In this document: piece by piece, positions 9,911 through 19,283 of the stretch | Position numbering within the stretch: the first letter of the stretch is position 1 | Layout: each line of letters opens with the position of its first letter | DNA from: Chloroflexota bacterium | Lineage (GTDB): Bacteria > Chloroflexota > UBA11872 > VXOZ01 | Direction of reading: 5' to 3' | Assembly (NCBI GenBank): GCA_965207135.1 | Contig: OZ242272.1 | Coordinates: forward strand, 2,437,336-2,501,335 | Length of the DNA stretch: 64,000 nucleotides | The notes under the pieces: model-generated | Told to the model about the DNA's origin: nothing | The model's database searches: none | The model's input: only the letters and a program-made list of their open reading frames with translations | Made by a program: the position numbers and the translations under genes

Positions 9911-10969
9911 ATGAAACGAGCAATTGTGTATGTAGCGCTAGCGCTGGGTCTATTTATAGCGCTGCCGGTGGGCGTCGCCGCACAGTCTGCGCCGGACTTG
10001 CATGCGTTGGGTCTAGGTTCGAGGGACAACGTGAAGCCGGGCGAGACATTCAGATTGTTGGTTACGGTGCAGAACATTGGCCATGGGCAGGCGGCTGCGA
10101 CAACGGTGCGCTTCTACCGGTCGACAGACTCGACAATCACGACATCCGATACGGAGTTGGGCACGGAATCCATTCCATCGCTTGGTTACCTGCAAGGTAG
10201 GGGGAGTTTGATTCCTACAACGGCGCCAGCGACGGCTGGCACGTACTACTACGGCGCCTGCGTCGATACAGTGGCCGGAGAGTTGGATTTGACGAACAAC
10301 TGCTCGGGGGCCAGAGAGGTCACTGTTCAAGACGTTGACGAAGGTACAGAAAGCAGTGGAGGTGGCGGCAGCAGCAGCACCTCACGGCAATCCGCTATTG
10401 TTGGCAACTCCGGTGCTGCCACCGCTACCGAACTCCAAGGCGACAAACTCAGAATTGATATCCACGACCAGCCCGACAATTCATTTGAACTAGGAATTGG
10501 CTGGGTCTCCCGCGACGGCTCAAGTGTCGTCCTTGTCGGCGTCATTCGCGACCAGCCTTTGGGCCAAACCTATTTGATCGTCCGCCACGAGGGCCATCCC
10601 CAGATCGTCCGCCGCTGGGTCCCACCTTACAGCCCCCTCATCTACGCCATAGACTGGCCACTTGTCATCGCCAACAACTCTTACCCCGTTGCGATTATCA
10701 CCGCCATCCCCTTAGACCACCGTCACCCGGAACTCAATATGCTCGCGCGCCGCTTCGACGGCCGCGATGACCGCATCTTCGCCTACGACGCCGCCCTCCA
10801 GCAGTGGCGGCACATTCCCGATTGGCCTACCTTCCAAGCCATGGGGTTCTACTGGTGCGACGTGACTGCGGCTGACGCGGGATTCTTCGACCGCATCTCA
10901 ATTGGGCCTCCCTACCCATCCAGCGGAACGCCCGTTCAAAGCGACTATCCCAATTGCTCAACGGGGTGA
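9911..10969 (+). CDS. Secreted protein with N-terminal CARDB-like beta-sandwich domain, C-terminal domain unknown
   Basis: It has a signal peptide (MKRAIVYVALALGLFIALPVGVAAQ). The following GETFRLLVTVQNIGHGQAAATTVRFYRS...GTYYYGACVD segment is typical of CARDB. A GGAGGA RBS lies upstream. Confidence 0.5.
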   Translation: MKRAIVYVALALGLFIALPVGVAAQSAPDLHALGLGSRDNVKPGETFRLLVTVQNIGHGQAAATTVRFYRSTDSTITTSDTELGTESIPSLGYLQGRGSLIPTTAPATAGTYYYGACVDTVAGELDLTNNCSGAREVTVQDVDEGTESSGGGGSSSTSRQSAIVGNSGAATATELQGDKLRIDIHDQPDNSFELGIGWVSRDGSSVVLVGVIRDQPLGQTYLIVRHEGHPQIVRRWVPPYSPLIYAIDWPLVIANNSYPVAIITAIPLDHRHPELNMLARRFDGRDDRIFAYDAALQQWRHIPDWPTFQAMGFYWCDVTAADAGFFDRISIGPPYPSSGTPVQSDYPNCSTG

Positions 10970-11188
10970 GGGCTTTGGAAGGACCTAGGGGGATGAGTTG
11001 GAGTCTTGCTCAGTCGCACGGCCGCCCAGACGATCATCCGGGCACTGATTCGATCAGGTGTTTGCCTGCTTTCGTCTTTAATACCCACTAATTTGAACTC
11101 CTAGCAGGCAGTCTCAATCAGCGTTACACTACTATAAAGAAGCTGAGATTTAATGAACGGCACTTGTGAGCTATGGGAGAGGCAGTCC

Positions 11189-12226
11189 ATGGAATTGTTG
11201 AAGCGGCTATGCGAGACCCCGGGCATTCCTAGCCGGGAAGATCCTATTCGAAGGGTCATTCGCGACGAACTGGAACCGCTGGTAAATGCGGTGCGGGTCG
11301 ACGCCTTGGGAAATTTGATCGGATACCGTAAGGGCCAGGGCGGGCCCAAAGTCATGATCTCCGCCCACATGGACCAGATTGGGTTCATGGCACGGCATGT
11401 TGACGAAAACGGCTTCATTCGTCTCCAGCCCGTGGGCGGCTTTGACCCGCGCACGCTCGTAGCGCAGCGAGTCCGCGTGCACGGCACGGAGGAACTCTCC
11501 GGCGTGCTTATGCCCGCAACTAAACCGACGCATCTGCTGGATGAGTCCGAAAGGGGCAAGGCCCTGCAGCTCGACGATCTATTCGTTGATGTAGGACTAT
11601 CCGGCGAGCGCACGAAAGAGCTGGTCCCACTGGGGACTCCAATTACATTCGACCGTACCTGCAATGACTTGGGTGACGTAATGGTAGGGCCGGCCATGGA
11701 CGACCGCGCCAGCGTCTACGTTATGATCGAAGCCCTGCGCGGCCTTGGCGAGCATGCAGCGGAGATCTATGCCGTCGCATCCTCCCAGGAAGAAGTCGGC
11801 TTGCGCGGCGCAACGGTCGCGGCGTTTGGCGTAGAACCCGATATAGGCCTGGCCCTCGACTCCACGCTGGCCGTGGACATCCCAGGCGGCACTGAAGCGG
11901 ACCGCGTATCGAAGCTCGGCGACGGAACGGCAATCAAGATCATGGATTCGTCACTTATCTGCGACCCGCGCCTTGTGGCACACAGCCGCAAGATCTGCGA
12001 CGAAGCCAACATCCCCTACCAGATGGAGATTCTGCCGCGCGGCGGCACGGACGGCGGCGCAATTCAGCGAACGCGCGATGGCGTGCCCTCCATCACTATC
12101 TCCACGCCAACACGGTATGTGCACACTGTGAATGAGATGGTGAACAAGCAAGACGTTAACGCGACGGTCGATCTCGTGCGGCGCTTCATCGAGACCGCAC
12201 ACGAGATCGATCTCACGTGGGACTAG
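11189..12226 (+). CDS. M42 family metallo-aminopeptidase (FrvX/CelM-like)
   Basis: It begins MELLKRLCETPGIPSREDPIRRVIRDELEPL... and has the M42 signatures ISAHMDQIGFM and GGFDPRTL. A GGAGAGG RBS precedes the ATG at 11189, and the track ORF opens at 11153. Confidence 0.75.
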   Translation: MELLKRLCETPGIPSREDPIRRVIRDELEPLVNAVRVDALGNLIGYRKGQGGPKVMISAHMDQIGFMARHVDENGFIRLQPVGGFDPRTLVAQRVRVHGTEELSGVLMPATKPTHLLDESERGKALQLDDLFVDVGLSGERTKELVPLGTPITFDRTCNDLGDVMVGPAMDDRASVYVMIEALRGLGEHAAEIYAVASSQEEVGLRGATVAAFGVEPDIGLALDSTLAVDIPGGTEADRVSKLGDGTAIKIMDSSLICDPRLVAHSRKICDEANIPYQMEILPRGGTDGGAIQRTRDGVPSITISTPTRYVHTVNEMVNKQDVNATVDLVRRFIETAHEIDLTWD

Positions 12227-12413
12227 CGCTTCGCAGGCGATTCGTTTACTCTGCACCGTTCCATGTCCGCTTGAAGCCCAAAGTCACACTGTGATAATTG
12301 GAGGCCTTGCTGAAAGGGAAAGGATAGCCCATGCGAAGTCGTGCCATCGCTCCAGACTCTCTTACTGTGGCGGGCCGCCATTGGCGTTCACCGCCTCTTT
12401 TCACGCCAGCATT

Positions 12414-12458
12414 GGAACAAAAGCGAAACGCCTGTGGTGTTCCCACCTCCAGGCGTTT
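12414..12458 (-). terminator. Intrinsic terminator hairpin between convergent genes. The 9-bp stem (AAACGCCTG / CAGGCGTTT) has a 15-nt loop and is followed on the minus strand by CGCUUUUGUUCC.
   Basis: Read directly from the sequence. It lies about 60 nt downstream of the cytochrome P460-like gene stop, and also follows the plus-strand M42 gene. Confidence 0.45.
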
Positions 12459-12517
12459 CGGTTTGCGCTATTGTGGAATTCACGGCAAGAGTCGTCGCAC
12501 TCCACGGGGTTGTTAGC

Positions 12518-13051
12518 CTACTTCACATCCACCGAGAAGAGGAAGTCATTGTCCTGCACGTCGCCGTGACACTCAGTGCAGCCCTGGACTTTGCCCTCGG
12601 CCTCGATCACGCCGTCGGGTCCATACTTAAGAAAGAACCATCCGTTTGCTTCCGCGTTCTCAAAGCCGGCAGGCTTGTACATCACCGTTATGGCAGCCAA
12701 CGTGCCATCGGGCATGAAGTTTTCCTTGACCACCATGCCGCCTTCGGGGATGCTCCCCGCCTTGTCCTCAATTGCCTTCAGCGCAATTGCGTTGAAGTAC
12801 GTGCTCAGCAAGGCGCCGTGGGGATCCTGTCCGGTATACAAAGGCTCAACACCGGGCAGATGCTGCCAAGTGTTCTGAAAGTCCGCTGACCCGAGATACT
12901 CTACGATGGCGGCTCCTTCAGCAGCCGGGGCCTCGGCAGCCATATCATCGGATTCTTGGCTGGCGCATCCTGCTAACAGCAGCATGACCCCCAAGAGTGA
13001 AACACTGAGCAAGACTGCTCTCTTGCGCAGTAGAAGCAAGTTACAACACAT
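12518..13051 (-). CDS. Cytochrome P460-family-like lipoprotein (c-type haem CXXCH)
   Basis: The ATG at 13051 is preceded by an AGGAGG RBS. The protein starts MCCNLLLLRKRAVLLSVSLLGVMLLLAGCAS (signal plus lipobox), has IPEGGMVVKENF, and carries the CTECH haem-binding motif about 20 aa from the C-terminus. The track ORF's extended 5' part (to 13309) was rejected. Confidence 0.55.
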   Translation of the reverse strand: MCCNLLLLRKRAVLLSVSLLGVMLLLAGCASQESDDMAAEAPAAEGAAIVEYLGSADFQNTWQHLPGVEPLYTGQDPHGALLSTYFNAIALKAIEDKAGSIPEGGMVVKENFMPDGTLAAITVMYKPAGFENAEANGWFFLKYGPDGVIEAEGKVQGCTECHGDVQDNDFLFSVDVK

Positions 13052-13159
13052 GCAATACCTCCTACCTAAGTTAAAACGAATCGTAAGTTGTGTATGATGG
13101 TACTGTGTTGCTTTGGCAAATATATGTAGGCTGAGCGACAAGCTCACCGAGAGAGTGCC

Positions 13160-13891
13160 ATGAGCGCGCTTAGTAAACTGCTGCCGACCAAGAGTCGCAG
13201 CCCCATCGCGAGCCGAGACGAGCGCACGGCACTGCTCATGCGCTATCTCATTCACTTTGATCTCTTTCGAGATCTCACCAAGTCTGAGATGGAGCGCCTG
13301 TTTGGGCATTTGCCCATGTACTCCTTCGCCAAAGATACCCTTGTCTACACACCTGACGACAGAAGCGAAAACCTCTATATCCTTAAGATGGGTGCCGTCG
13401 ATATCTACAGACTGAGCGAAGAGGGTAAACGCCTGAGCATCCGCCGCGTGTTCATGGGCAGTGTATTTGGCGAAATGGGCCTACTCGGACAGTCGATGCA
13501 CGGCTGCTTTGCCGAGACGGTCGCTCCCAGCCTCGTGTGCGTGATGACACGCGTTGAGATGGAGGGCCTCCTGCGCCAGCGTCCCGACGTCGGCCTGCGC
13601 TTCTTCAAGGTGATTGGAGACCGGCTCAAGTCGCTTGAGGACCAGTTGGCGCGCCTTGCGTTCAGCCCGGTGCGTGCTCGCGTTGCAGCCTTCCTCCTCA
13701 CCCATATAGACCCGGCATCGAACGAGGTTCGGGGCTTCACGCACGAAGAAATCGGCGATAGTATCGGAGCGTTACGATCCACAGTCACGCAGACTCTTGG
13801 GGAATTAGCGCGCATCGGTCTGCTTGAGGTAAAGCATAAGCGCATCCATGTGCGCAACTTACAGGAACTTTCAGTCATGGTCAGGGAGTAA
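13160..13891 (+). CDS. Crp/Fnr family transcriptional regulator, with no N-terminal Cys cluster, so Dnr/NnrR-like rather than FNR
   Basis: It has a cNMP-binding-like N-terminal domain and a C-terminal HTH ([19 protein letters not shown]). It is divergent from the P460-like gene. Confidence 0.75.
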   Translation: MSALSKLLPTKSRSPIASRDERTALLMRYLIHFDLFRDLTKSEMERLFGHLPMYSFAKDTLVYTPDDRSENLYILKMGAVDIYRLSEEGKRLSIRRVFMGSVFGEMGLLGQSMHGCFAETVAPSLVCVMTRVEMEGLLRQRPDVGLRFFKVIGDRLKSLEDQLARLAFSPVRARVAAFLLTHIDPASNEVRGFTHEEIGDSIGALRSTVTQTLGELARIGLLEVKHKRIHVRNLQELSVMVRE

Positions 13892-13896
13892 CGGCA

Positions 13897-14634
13897 ATGG
13901 CTCAGCCAGTCCGCGTCACCGTATGGAACGAATTTCGTCACGAGAAGACGGATGAACACATCAGGCAGGTGTATCCAAAAGGTATCCACGGCGCCATTGC
14001 CGACTACTTGGAAGCGCAGGCCGGCATCTCCGTGCAGACGGCGACACTGGACGAACCGGAACACGGCCTTACGGAAGCAGTGCTCGCGGATACCGACGTG
14101 TTGATCTGGTGGGGACATCAGGCACATGGCGCGGTAGAGGATGCAATCGTAGACCGCGTGCATGACCGTGTCCTGGAAGGCATGGGACTCATCTGCTTGC
14201 ATTCCAGCCACTTCTCAAAGATATTCAAGAAGCTCATGGGCACGACGTGCAACCTGAAGTGGCGTGAAATCGGCGAGAACGAGCGCCTCTGGGTGGTCGA
14301 TCCCAGCCATCCCATAGCGGCGGGCGTAGGGCAGTACATCGACATCCCGCACGAAGAGATGTACGGCGAGTTCTTCGACATTCCCCAACCGGACAGGCTG
14401 GTCTTTGTAAGCTGGTTCCCAGGAGGTGAAGTCTTCCGCAGCGGTTGCTGCTACCACCGCGGCCGCGGCAAGGTCTTCTACTTTCGCCCCGGACACGAGA
14501 CCTTTCCCACGTTCTACCAAGCAGAGGTGCGCCACGTGATCGGTAACGCCGTGCGCTGGGCAGCGCCCACCGCCGGCCCGGAACCAGTGTTCGGCAACGT
14601 GCAGCCATTAGAAGAGGTCACTCTAACGGAGTAG
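13897..14634 (+). CDS. thuA: ThuA-family protein (trehalose-utilisation / GATase1-like)
   Basis: Its motifs ([61 protein letters not shown]) match ThuA family members. It lies 5 nt downstream of the Crp gene and has an AGGGAG RBS. Confidence 0.7.
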   Translation: MAQPVRVTVWNEFRHEKTDEHIRQVYPKGIHGAIADYLEAQAGISVQTATLDEPEHGLTEAVLADTDVLIWWGHQAHGAVEDAIVDRVHDRVLEGMGLICLHSSHFSKIFKKLMGTTCNLKWREIGENERLWVVDPSHPIAAGVGQYIDIPHEEMYGEFFDIPQPDRLVFVSWFPGGEVFRSGCCYHRGRGKVFYFRPGHETFPTFYQAEVRHVIGNAVRWAAPTAGPEPVFGNVQPLEEVTLTE

Positions 14635-14770
14635 AAACAGGTTGGCGCAATTGTGGGAGCGCCGTACCGGCCGGCTCCGACGTGGCGATGAATTCGCCTT
14701 TTTGTGCAAACCCCGGCGCCAGTGCCCCCACGCGATAGGGAATAGCCTGCGCAGTTCTCGCTTGCAAGAC

Positions 14771-15241
14771 CTAGCGCGTCGACCGTTCCACGCCGCCGGT
14801 CAATGCCGCCAGCGCCACGCCCATCTGGAGCAACATGCCGGCGGCCAGCAAGGGCGCGGGACCGACCGCGCCACTCAACACCGCCCACCAACGCTCGGAT
14901 TCAGGCATCAGCTCCCACTGGTCCGTGTAGCGGGCGTCCAACGGCGCAACATCGTAGTTCGCCGCCAGATGCTGCCAAATCCCTACTATGGCAAAGACGA
15001 CGGCCAACGCCGCCATTGCGCGCGCCAGCCATATTGTCGCCGGTGCGATGCGCGTGGCGAGAGCCGCCAAGCCGATGCAGATACCGCCAACCGCCACCCA
15101 GGGCAGCATTTGGATCCAATCGTGCCAGTGTCGTGCCAGAGCCAACTCCCCGGCGGCGCCAATCACGCCTAGTAGTACGAGCGCCAACAGCGCGGCACGC
15201 AGGCCTTCAACTTTGCCGCTGCGGCTGATGAGCTTCTTCAC
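14771..15241 (-). CDS. Small integral membrane protein, hypothetical
   Basis: The 156-aa protein has 4 predicted TM segments. It overlaps the upstream gene by 4 nt (ATGA). Confidence 0.45.
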   Translation of the reverse strand: MKKLISRSGKVEGLRAALLALVLLGVIGAAGELALARHWHDWIQMLPWVAVGGICIGLAALATRIAPATIWLARAMAALAVVFAIVGIWQHLAANYDVAPLDARYTDQWELMPESERWWAVLSGAVGPAPLLAAGMLLQMGVALAALTGGVERSTR

Positions 15242-15792
15242 GGCAAATGCAATTGCGCGATGATTGCATCCACAACTCCGGCAGCGGGATTGTACTTAGC
15301 GAGTTCACCGCGTAGTTTCCTGTAGTCCGTGTCGTCGACATCATATGGGCGGTACTCATCCACTTCACGCGCCCATCGACGTGCGTTGCTAATCCCTGCG
15401 GCTTCAAATGCCGCCGCGAGCTCCGCGATGCTGGCGTTATTTGCTGACAGTGTCGTCTCAGCCGTTGCCGGAGTCTCGGATGGCGCCGCAGTCGCTGCAG
15501 TCTCATTAGAACTCTCGGCAGGCGCTGCAGTTGCCGCGGTCTGGCTCGCCGACGAATCGGCAGCTCCTGTATCGGGCTCGTCGCCACCGCACGCCGTGCC
15601 GAGCGCAATTGCCGCGGCGAAAACTATTGCTAAGGCACCGCGCGCTAGCCCGATGTGAAGCCTGGGACTCTCAGAATCTCGTTCCCAACTAGCAGTCGGT
15701 TTACCTTTCAAAGTCAATACCCATTCTGTTTGCAAACGATTCTTGACCAATCTCCATTGCTCTCGAAACACAGAGCGCCACTGCAGGCGCAT
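15238..15792 (-). CDS. Secreted/lipoprotein-like hypothetical protein with Ala/Thr/Ser-rich linker
   Basis: It has a signal-like segment (LARGALAIVFAAAIALGTACGG) and a low-complexity linker. The true start is uncertain, with an in-frame TTG at 15711 as one candidate. Confidence 0.35.
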   Translation of the reverse strand: MRLQWRSVFREQWRLVKNRLQTEWVLTLKGKPTASWERDSESPRLHIGLARGALAIVFAAAIALGTACGGDEPDTGAADSSASQTAATAAPAESSNETAATAAPSETPATAETTLSANNASIAELAAAFEAAGISNARRWAREVDEYRPYDVDDTDYRKLRGELAKYNPAAGVVDAIIAQLHLP

Positions 15793-16046
15793 CCGCGAAA
15801 TGCCAAAGTCTCTGCAATTGCGGCCTCTTTAGAGACAACGGCTACAGGTGGAATCCCCAATTCGACTGAAGGCCGTCAGCATCCAGAAACCTTAGAGTGC
15901 TACCCCCTCAAATCGAGCCAAGGCACAAAGCAGCCTAAGGTCTCCCCAGATGGGTAGCACGCGATCCACAGCGGACGGGCCACAGCCCTCAACATCAGGT
16001 CAATGGGGCGCCGCTGGCACTGAGGAGCGCCTCAATACACTCCTGC

Positions 16047-17540
16047 CTATTGGCGCAGCAGTTCCTGCATTGCGATGGATACCTGCTGAGCCGCATCGGC
16101 CACGGTACTTTGGCCGCTCAAGACCGGCCCCATGAGGTGTTGTTGGAAGAGTGCCTGCAGGTACGGCGCAAGCAAGGGGGGCACGCCCCGGCTGTAGCCG
16201 AGTGCATCCGAAATGATGTTCGCATCCTCAATTCTCAGGCTCGGCCGCACCTGTTTGATCCGTTCGCCGGTGACGTTGTAGACCGGATAGCCGAAGAATG
16301 TAACAGGCAACTGGGAGAGTTCCCGCGCGAGCACGACCGCCGCCTGTGCCGCGAGGCCGGTGTCTTGCGCTTGCGCGCCCACACCCAGTCCGGCCACTGG
16401 CGACACCCACGTTGCCTGGCCTGCATCCACCGGCATGGCCGCGGCATGAATTCGCTCCGCGCCAAGCCCTTGCCCGCCGCCTGAGCGTACGGCAGTAGCC
16501 AGGCGCGCACGTTCGCTGGGCTGAACGCCGCCACCGCCACCCCCACCGCCGCCTCCCCCTCTTTGGGGCAGTTGGTCGAAACTGACCACTTCCATGCCAT
16601 CGCGACCCGCGCGCAAGAGTGCGAAGGTGCCTTCCGGTGGATTCGGCGCAATTTGATGGAGCGTCATCATATCGCGCCAGAGCTCAATTCCCTTTATTGC
16701 TTCCGGTTCGGCAAGGCGCACGTCGCCGCCTTGAGCCCCAAACACCTCGCCACCGTGACTCCATATCAGGCTTAGCAGCAGCGGCACGGAGGCATGGGCG
16801 TAGGTCCCCCACTGCGAACCGTCATCGTTGCTGAAAGTGAGGCGCTTCCCCGCTTCGATCATCTCCATCCAGGTCCACGCGCTACCGGGGGCAGCTACTC
16901 CAGCATCTGCGAGAAGGTCGGAATCATACGTGAGCGTATTGATGGAACTGGAGAGTGGCAAAACGAGCGCTTGCCCTTGCCAACTCACTGCCTCCAGCGC
17001 TCCGGGCGCAAAATCCGAGAGATCAATGCTGCCGTCTACACGAGTAGCTTGCTCGAAAGGCTCGATGATGCCCTCAGAATAGAGCAGTGGGAGTTCGTTG
17101 ATATTGCTAATCATCAAGATGTCTGGCAGCGGATCGCCGCTAGCCAACTGTCCACTTGCCGCTGCCTCGTTCAGCGTGTCGGCGATCGGACTGAATGGCG
17201 TTGGCGTAGGCTCTGGGTTAGCGGTGGTTGTGCCAAAGAAAGCAGCAAAATTGAAGTTAGGCCCCGGCGGCACAACGGTAAGGTTCACCTCCATCTGAAA
17301 GCCGAGGCTCTGGTCGTTAATCTCGTTTGCGGCGGTCTGGAGGCTGGCCAGGATATTTCCGGCCTGCGCTGCTTGAAAATTAGCCCCTTGCCCCTGAGGA
17401 AGAAAGACCGCGACGTGTACCGTCTTATCGCCGGAATCTCCACCGACCAAGTCCTCAAAGAAGCCACAACCGGACGCAAGACTTGCCGCCAGCGGCACGC
17501 CCCCAACCAGACCGAGAAACGAACGACGCGTCATGGCCAT
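16047..17540 (-). CDS. ABC transporter substrate-binding lipoprotein (family 1 solute-binding protein) with a Tat-type signal
   Basis: It starts MAMTRRSFLGLVGGVPLAASLASGCG (twin-arginine signal plus lipobox) and has an AAGGAGAGG RBS. It contains a run of about 11 consecutive Gly residues, and no permease genes are adjacent. Confidence 0.7.
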   Translation of the reverse strand: MAMTRRSFLGLVGGVPLAASLASGCGFFEDLVGGDSGDKTVHVAVFLPQGQGANFQAAQAGNILASLQTAANEINDQSLGFQMEVNLTVVPPGPNFNFAAFFGTTTANPEPTPTPFSPIADTLNEAAASGQLASGDPLPDILMISNINELPLLYSEGIIEPFEQATRVDGSIDLSDFAPGALEAVSWQGQALVLPLSSSINTLTYDSDLLADAGVAAPGSAWTWMEMIEAGKRLTFSNDDGSQWGTYAHASVPLLLSLIWSHGGEVFGAQGGDVRLAEPEAIKGIELWRDMMTLHQIAPNPPEGTFALLRAGRDGMEVVSFDQLPQRGGGGGGGGGGGVQPSERARLATAVRSGGGQGLGAERIHAAAMPVDAGQATWVSPVAGLGVGAQAQDTGLAAQAAVVLARELSQLPVTFFGYPVYNVTGERIKQVRPSLRIEDANIISDALGYSRGVPPLLAPYLQALFQQHLMGPVLSGQSTVADAAQQVSIAMQELLRQ

Positions 17541-18101
17541 TACAAACCTCTCCTTGTGCGACTACCACCACTCTTGCTGCCGCTTGCCAGCGAAACAAAC
17601 GCTTTCCAAGATGCGGCCGAATTGACCTATGTCAAGCTGTACAACTGCGCTCACTTAACGCCTGCGTTAAGGTTCTTCCCGAGAATTTTAGACTAAACGA
17701 TGTTGACAATCTAGTCTGAAATGTCACTATTGCAGCAATTGCGGCCTTGCCGCAATGTCTTCTCAAGAGAAGCACGGTGGCGCTTTCCAACACTTGCCTA
17801 TGCTACAGGCGAATTGTCAAGAGAATGTGAATTTGTGTAGAAATCGAAGAAGCGTTGGGGTCAACGTGAGGCGCGACTTGGACAAGAGAGCCACCATAGA
17901 CAGTGGAGCAGGCGCTGAAGGAGCCACATTCCACTTCCGCTGCGTCTTCGTTGTCAACAGAGCAAGTCCGTTGGCGCCGCCGTGTTATCCCGGCAGAACA
18001 AAAAGAGACCGTTCATGGTTCGTCTGGGACTTAGCGCAGCCCTCTCACCACGAACGGTCTCTTTGGCCGTCCAATCTTCTGCTCGGTCTGTCGGCCAATT
18101 C

Positions 18102-19082
18102 CTAGAGAGGCAGAGTGATGTCTCCACCTTGCTCAGCCGACATAAAGGTCGCAAGACACACCTCCAAGGCACGGCGGCCGTCGTGGCCGTCGGGCATGGG
18201 AGTCGTGCCGTCGCGTGCGCAGTCATAGAACGCGGCGAGTTGGTTGTGCATCCCCACGCTATTGGGTTCGGATTCAATCTCCTCGCGTTTGCCGTCATGG
18301 GTAACTAATACCGGCCCGGAGTGTCTATTTAGATGAATTGCACCCTTCGTACCGGCAATGCCGAAGTTGGACGCGCCGGCGGGGTAGATCTGGCTGCTGT
18401 GCAGCGAGCCGATCGCGCCGTTCGTATAGTTCAGGGTCGAAATGAACGTGTCCTCGATATCTGTGTTGGCAAACGTGCCGAACGTGGCGTTGCCGTGCAC
18501 AGATGCAACCGGACCACCCATCCAGAGCAATAGGTCGAGCTCGTGCACCGACGAGGACCACGTGCCGCCCACCAGTTCCCGGCTTAGGCGCCACTCGCCC
18601 ACACCTACGGGCGGGCGTCCGCTCAGGCGCGTCGACCACGCCAACTTTAGGTCGCCGATGTCACCGTTCTGCAGGCGCTTGTGCACCTCGACGTAGACCG
18701 GCCAATACCGCATCACGAAACCCAGCATCAGCGGCACACCATTGTTCGCAGCGGCCTCGATCATGGCATCGCAGTCATCGAGCTTCAACGCCATCGGCTT
18801 TTCGCAAAAGACGGCAATACCGGCATTTGCCGCATCCACGCAGATTTCACGATGCGTCGAAGTGGGCGTAACGACCAAAACGGCATCCAGATTCTCGTTC
18901 AGAAGATCTTTGTGGCTGGTAAACGCCTTGACGCCATGCTCGTCTGCCACCGCTTGGGCGGAATCGATGTTCACGTCTACCACGCCGACCAATTCGATAC
19001 CGTCCATCTCATGCGAAATCTTGGCCTCGCTCGGTCCCAGGCCTCCGCACCCAATTACACCGGTTCGTAACGTGCCTGCCAT
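18102..19082 (-). CDS. Gfo/Idh/MocA family oxidoreductase
   Basis: The ATG at 19082 (MAGTLRTGVIGCGGLG..., Rossmann GxGxxG) has a GAGGAG RBS. The 678-aa track ORF is a read-through whose 5' half is antisense to the gene at 19284-20327. Confidence 0.75.
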   Translation of the reverse strand: MAGTLRTGVIGCGGLGPSEAKISHEMDGIELVGVVDVNIDSAQAVADEHGVKAFTSHKDLLNENLDAVLVVTPTSTHREICVDAANAGIAVFCEKPMALKLDDCDAMIEAAANNGVPLMLGFVMRYWPVYVEVHKRLQNGDIGDLKLAWSTRLSGRPPVGVGEWRLSRELVGGTWSSSVHELDLLLWMGGPVASVHGNATFGTFANTDIEDTFISTLNYTNGAIGSLHSSQIYPAGASNFGIAGTKGAIHLNRHSGPVLVTHDGKREEIESEPNSVGMHNQLAAFYDCARDGTTPMPDGHDGRRALEVCLATFMSAEQGGDITLPL

Positions 19083-19283
19083 AGCCGGACTCTCCTCATC
19101 ACTTACTGGGATTGGACACATCCGATTGCCTCGCTCGGATTTGGACACCATGATAGCAGGTAGCTTCAACATTGGGAACAGTGCAGCAGCACGTGGCGCC
19201 ACCGTCTCGTAGGCACTGCCCAAGCAAACCAATGTCGTTACAATAGAGCCATCAGGAAGTCGGCAGTCACGTAGGAGAAGACA

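Noticed and set aside
12341-12889. 182-aa plus-strand ORF overlapping the P460-like gene
   Set aside because: It is antisense to a gene with a strong RBS, signal peptide and CXXCH, and has no features of its own.
13405-14211. 268-aa minus-strand ORF spanning the crp and thuA genes
   Set aside because: It crosses two well-supported plus-strand genes and has Arg-rich shadow-ORF composition.
16500-16560. Poly-G/poly-C tract as a possible phase-variation slippage site
   Set aside because: The Gly run is encoded by mixed GGN codons (ccgccaccgccacccccaccgccgcctcccc on the plus strand), not a long mononucleotide homopolymer.
16794-17696. 300-aa plus-strand ORF opposite the solute-binding-protein gene
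   Set aside because: It is a shadow ORF; the minus-strand SBP has a Tat signal, lipobox and RBS.
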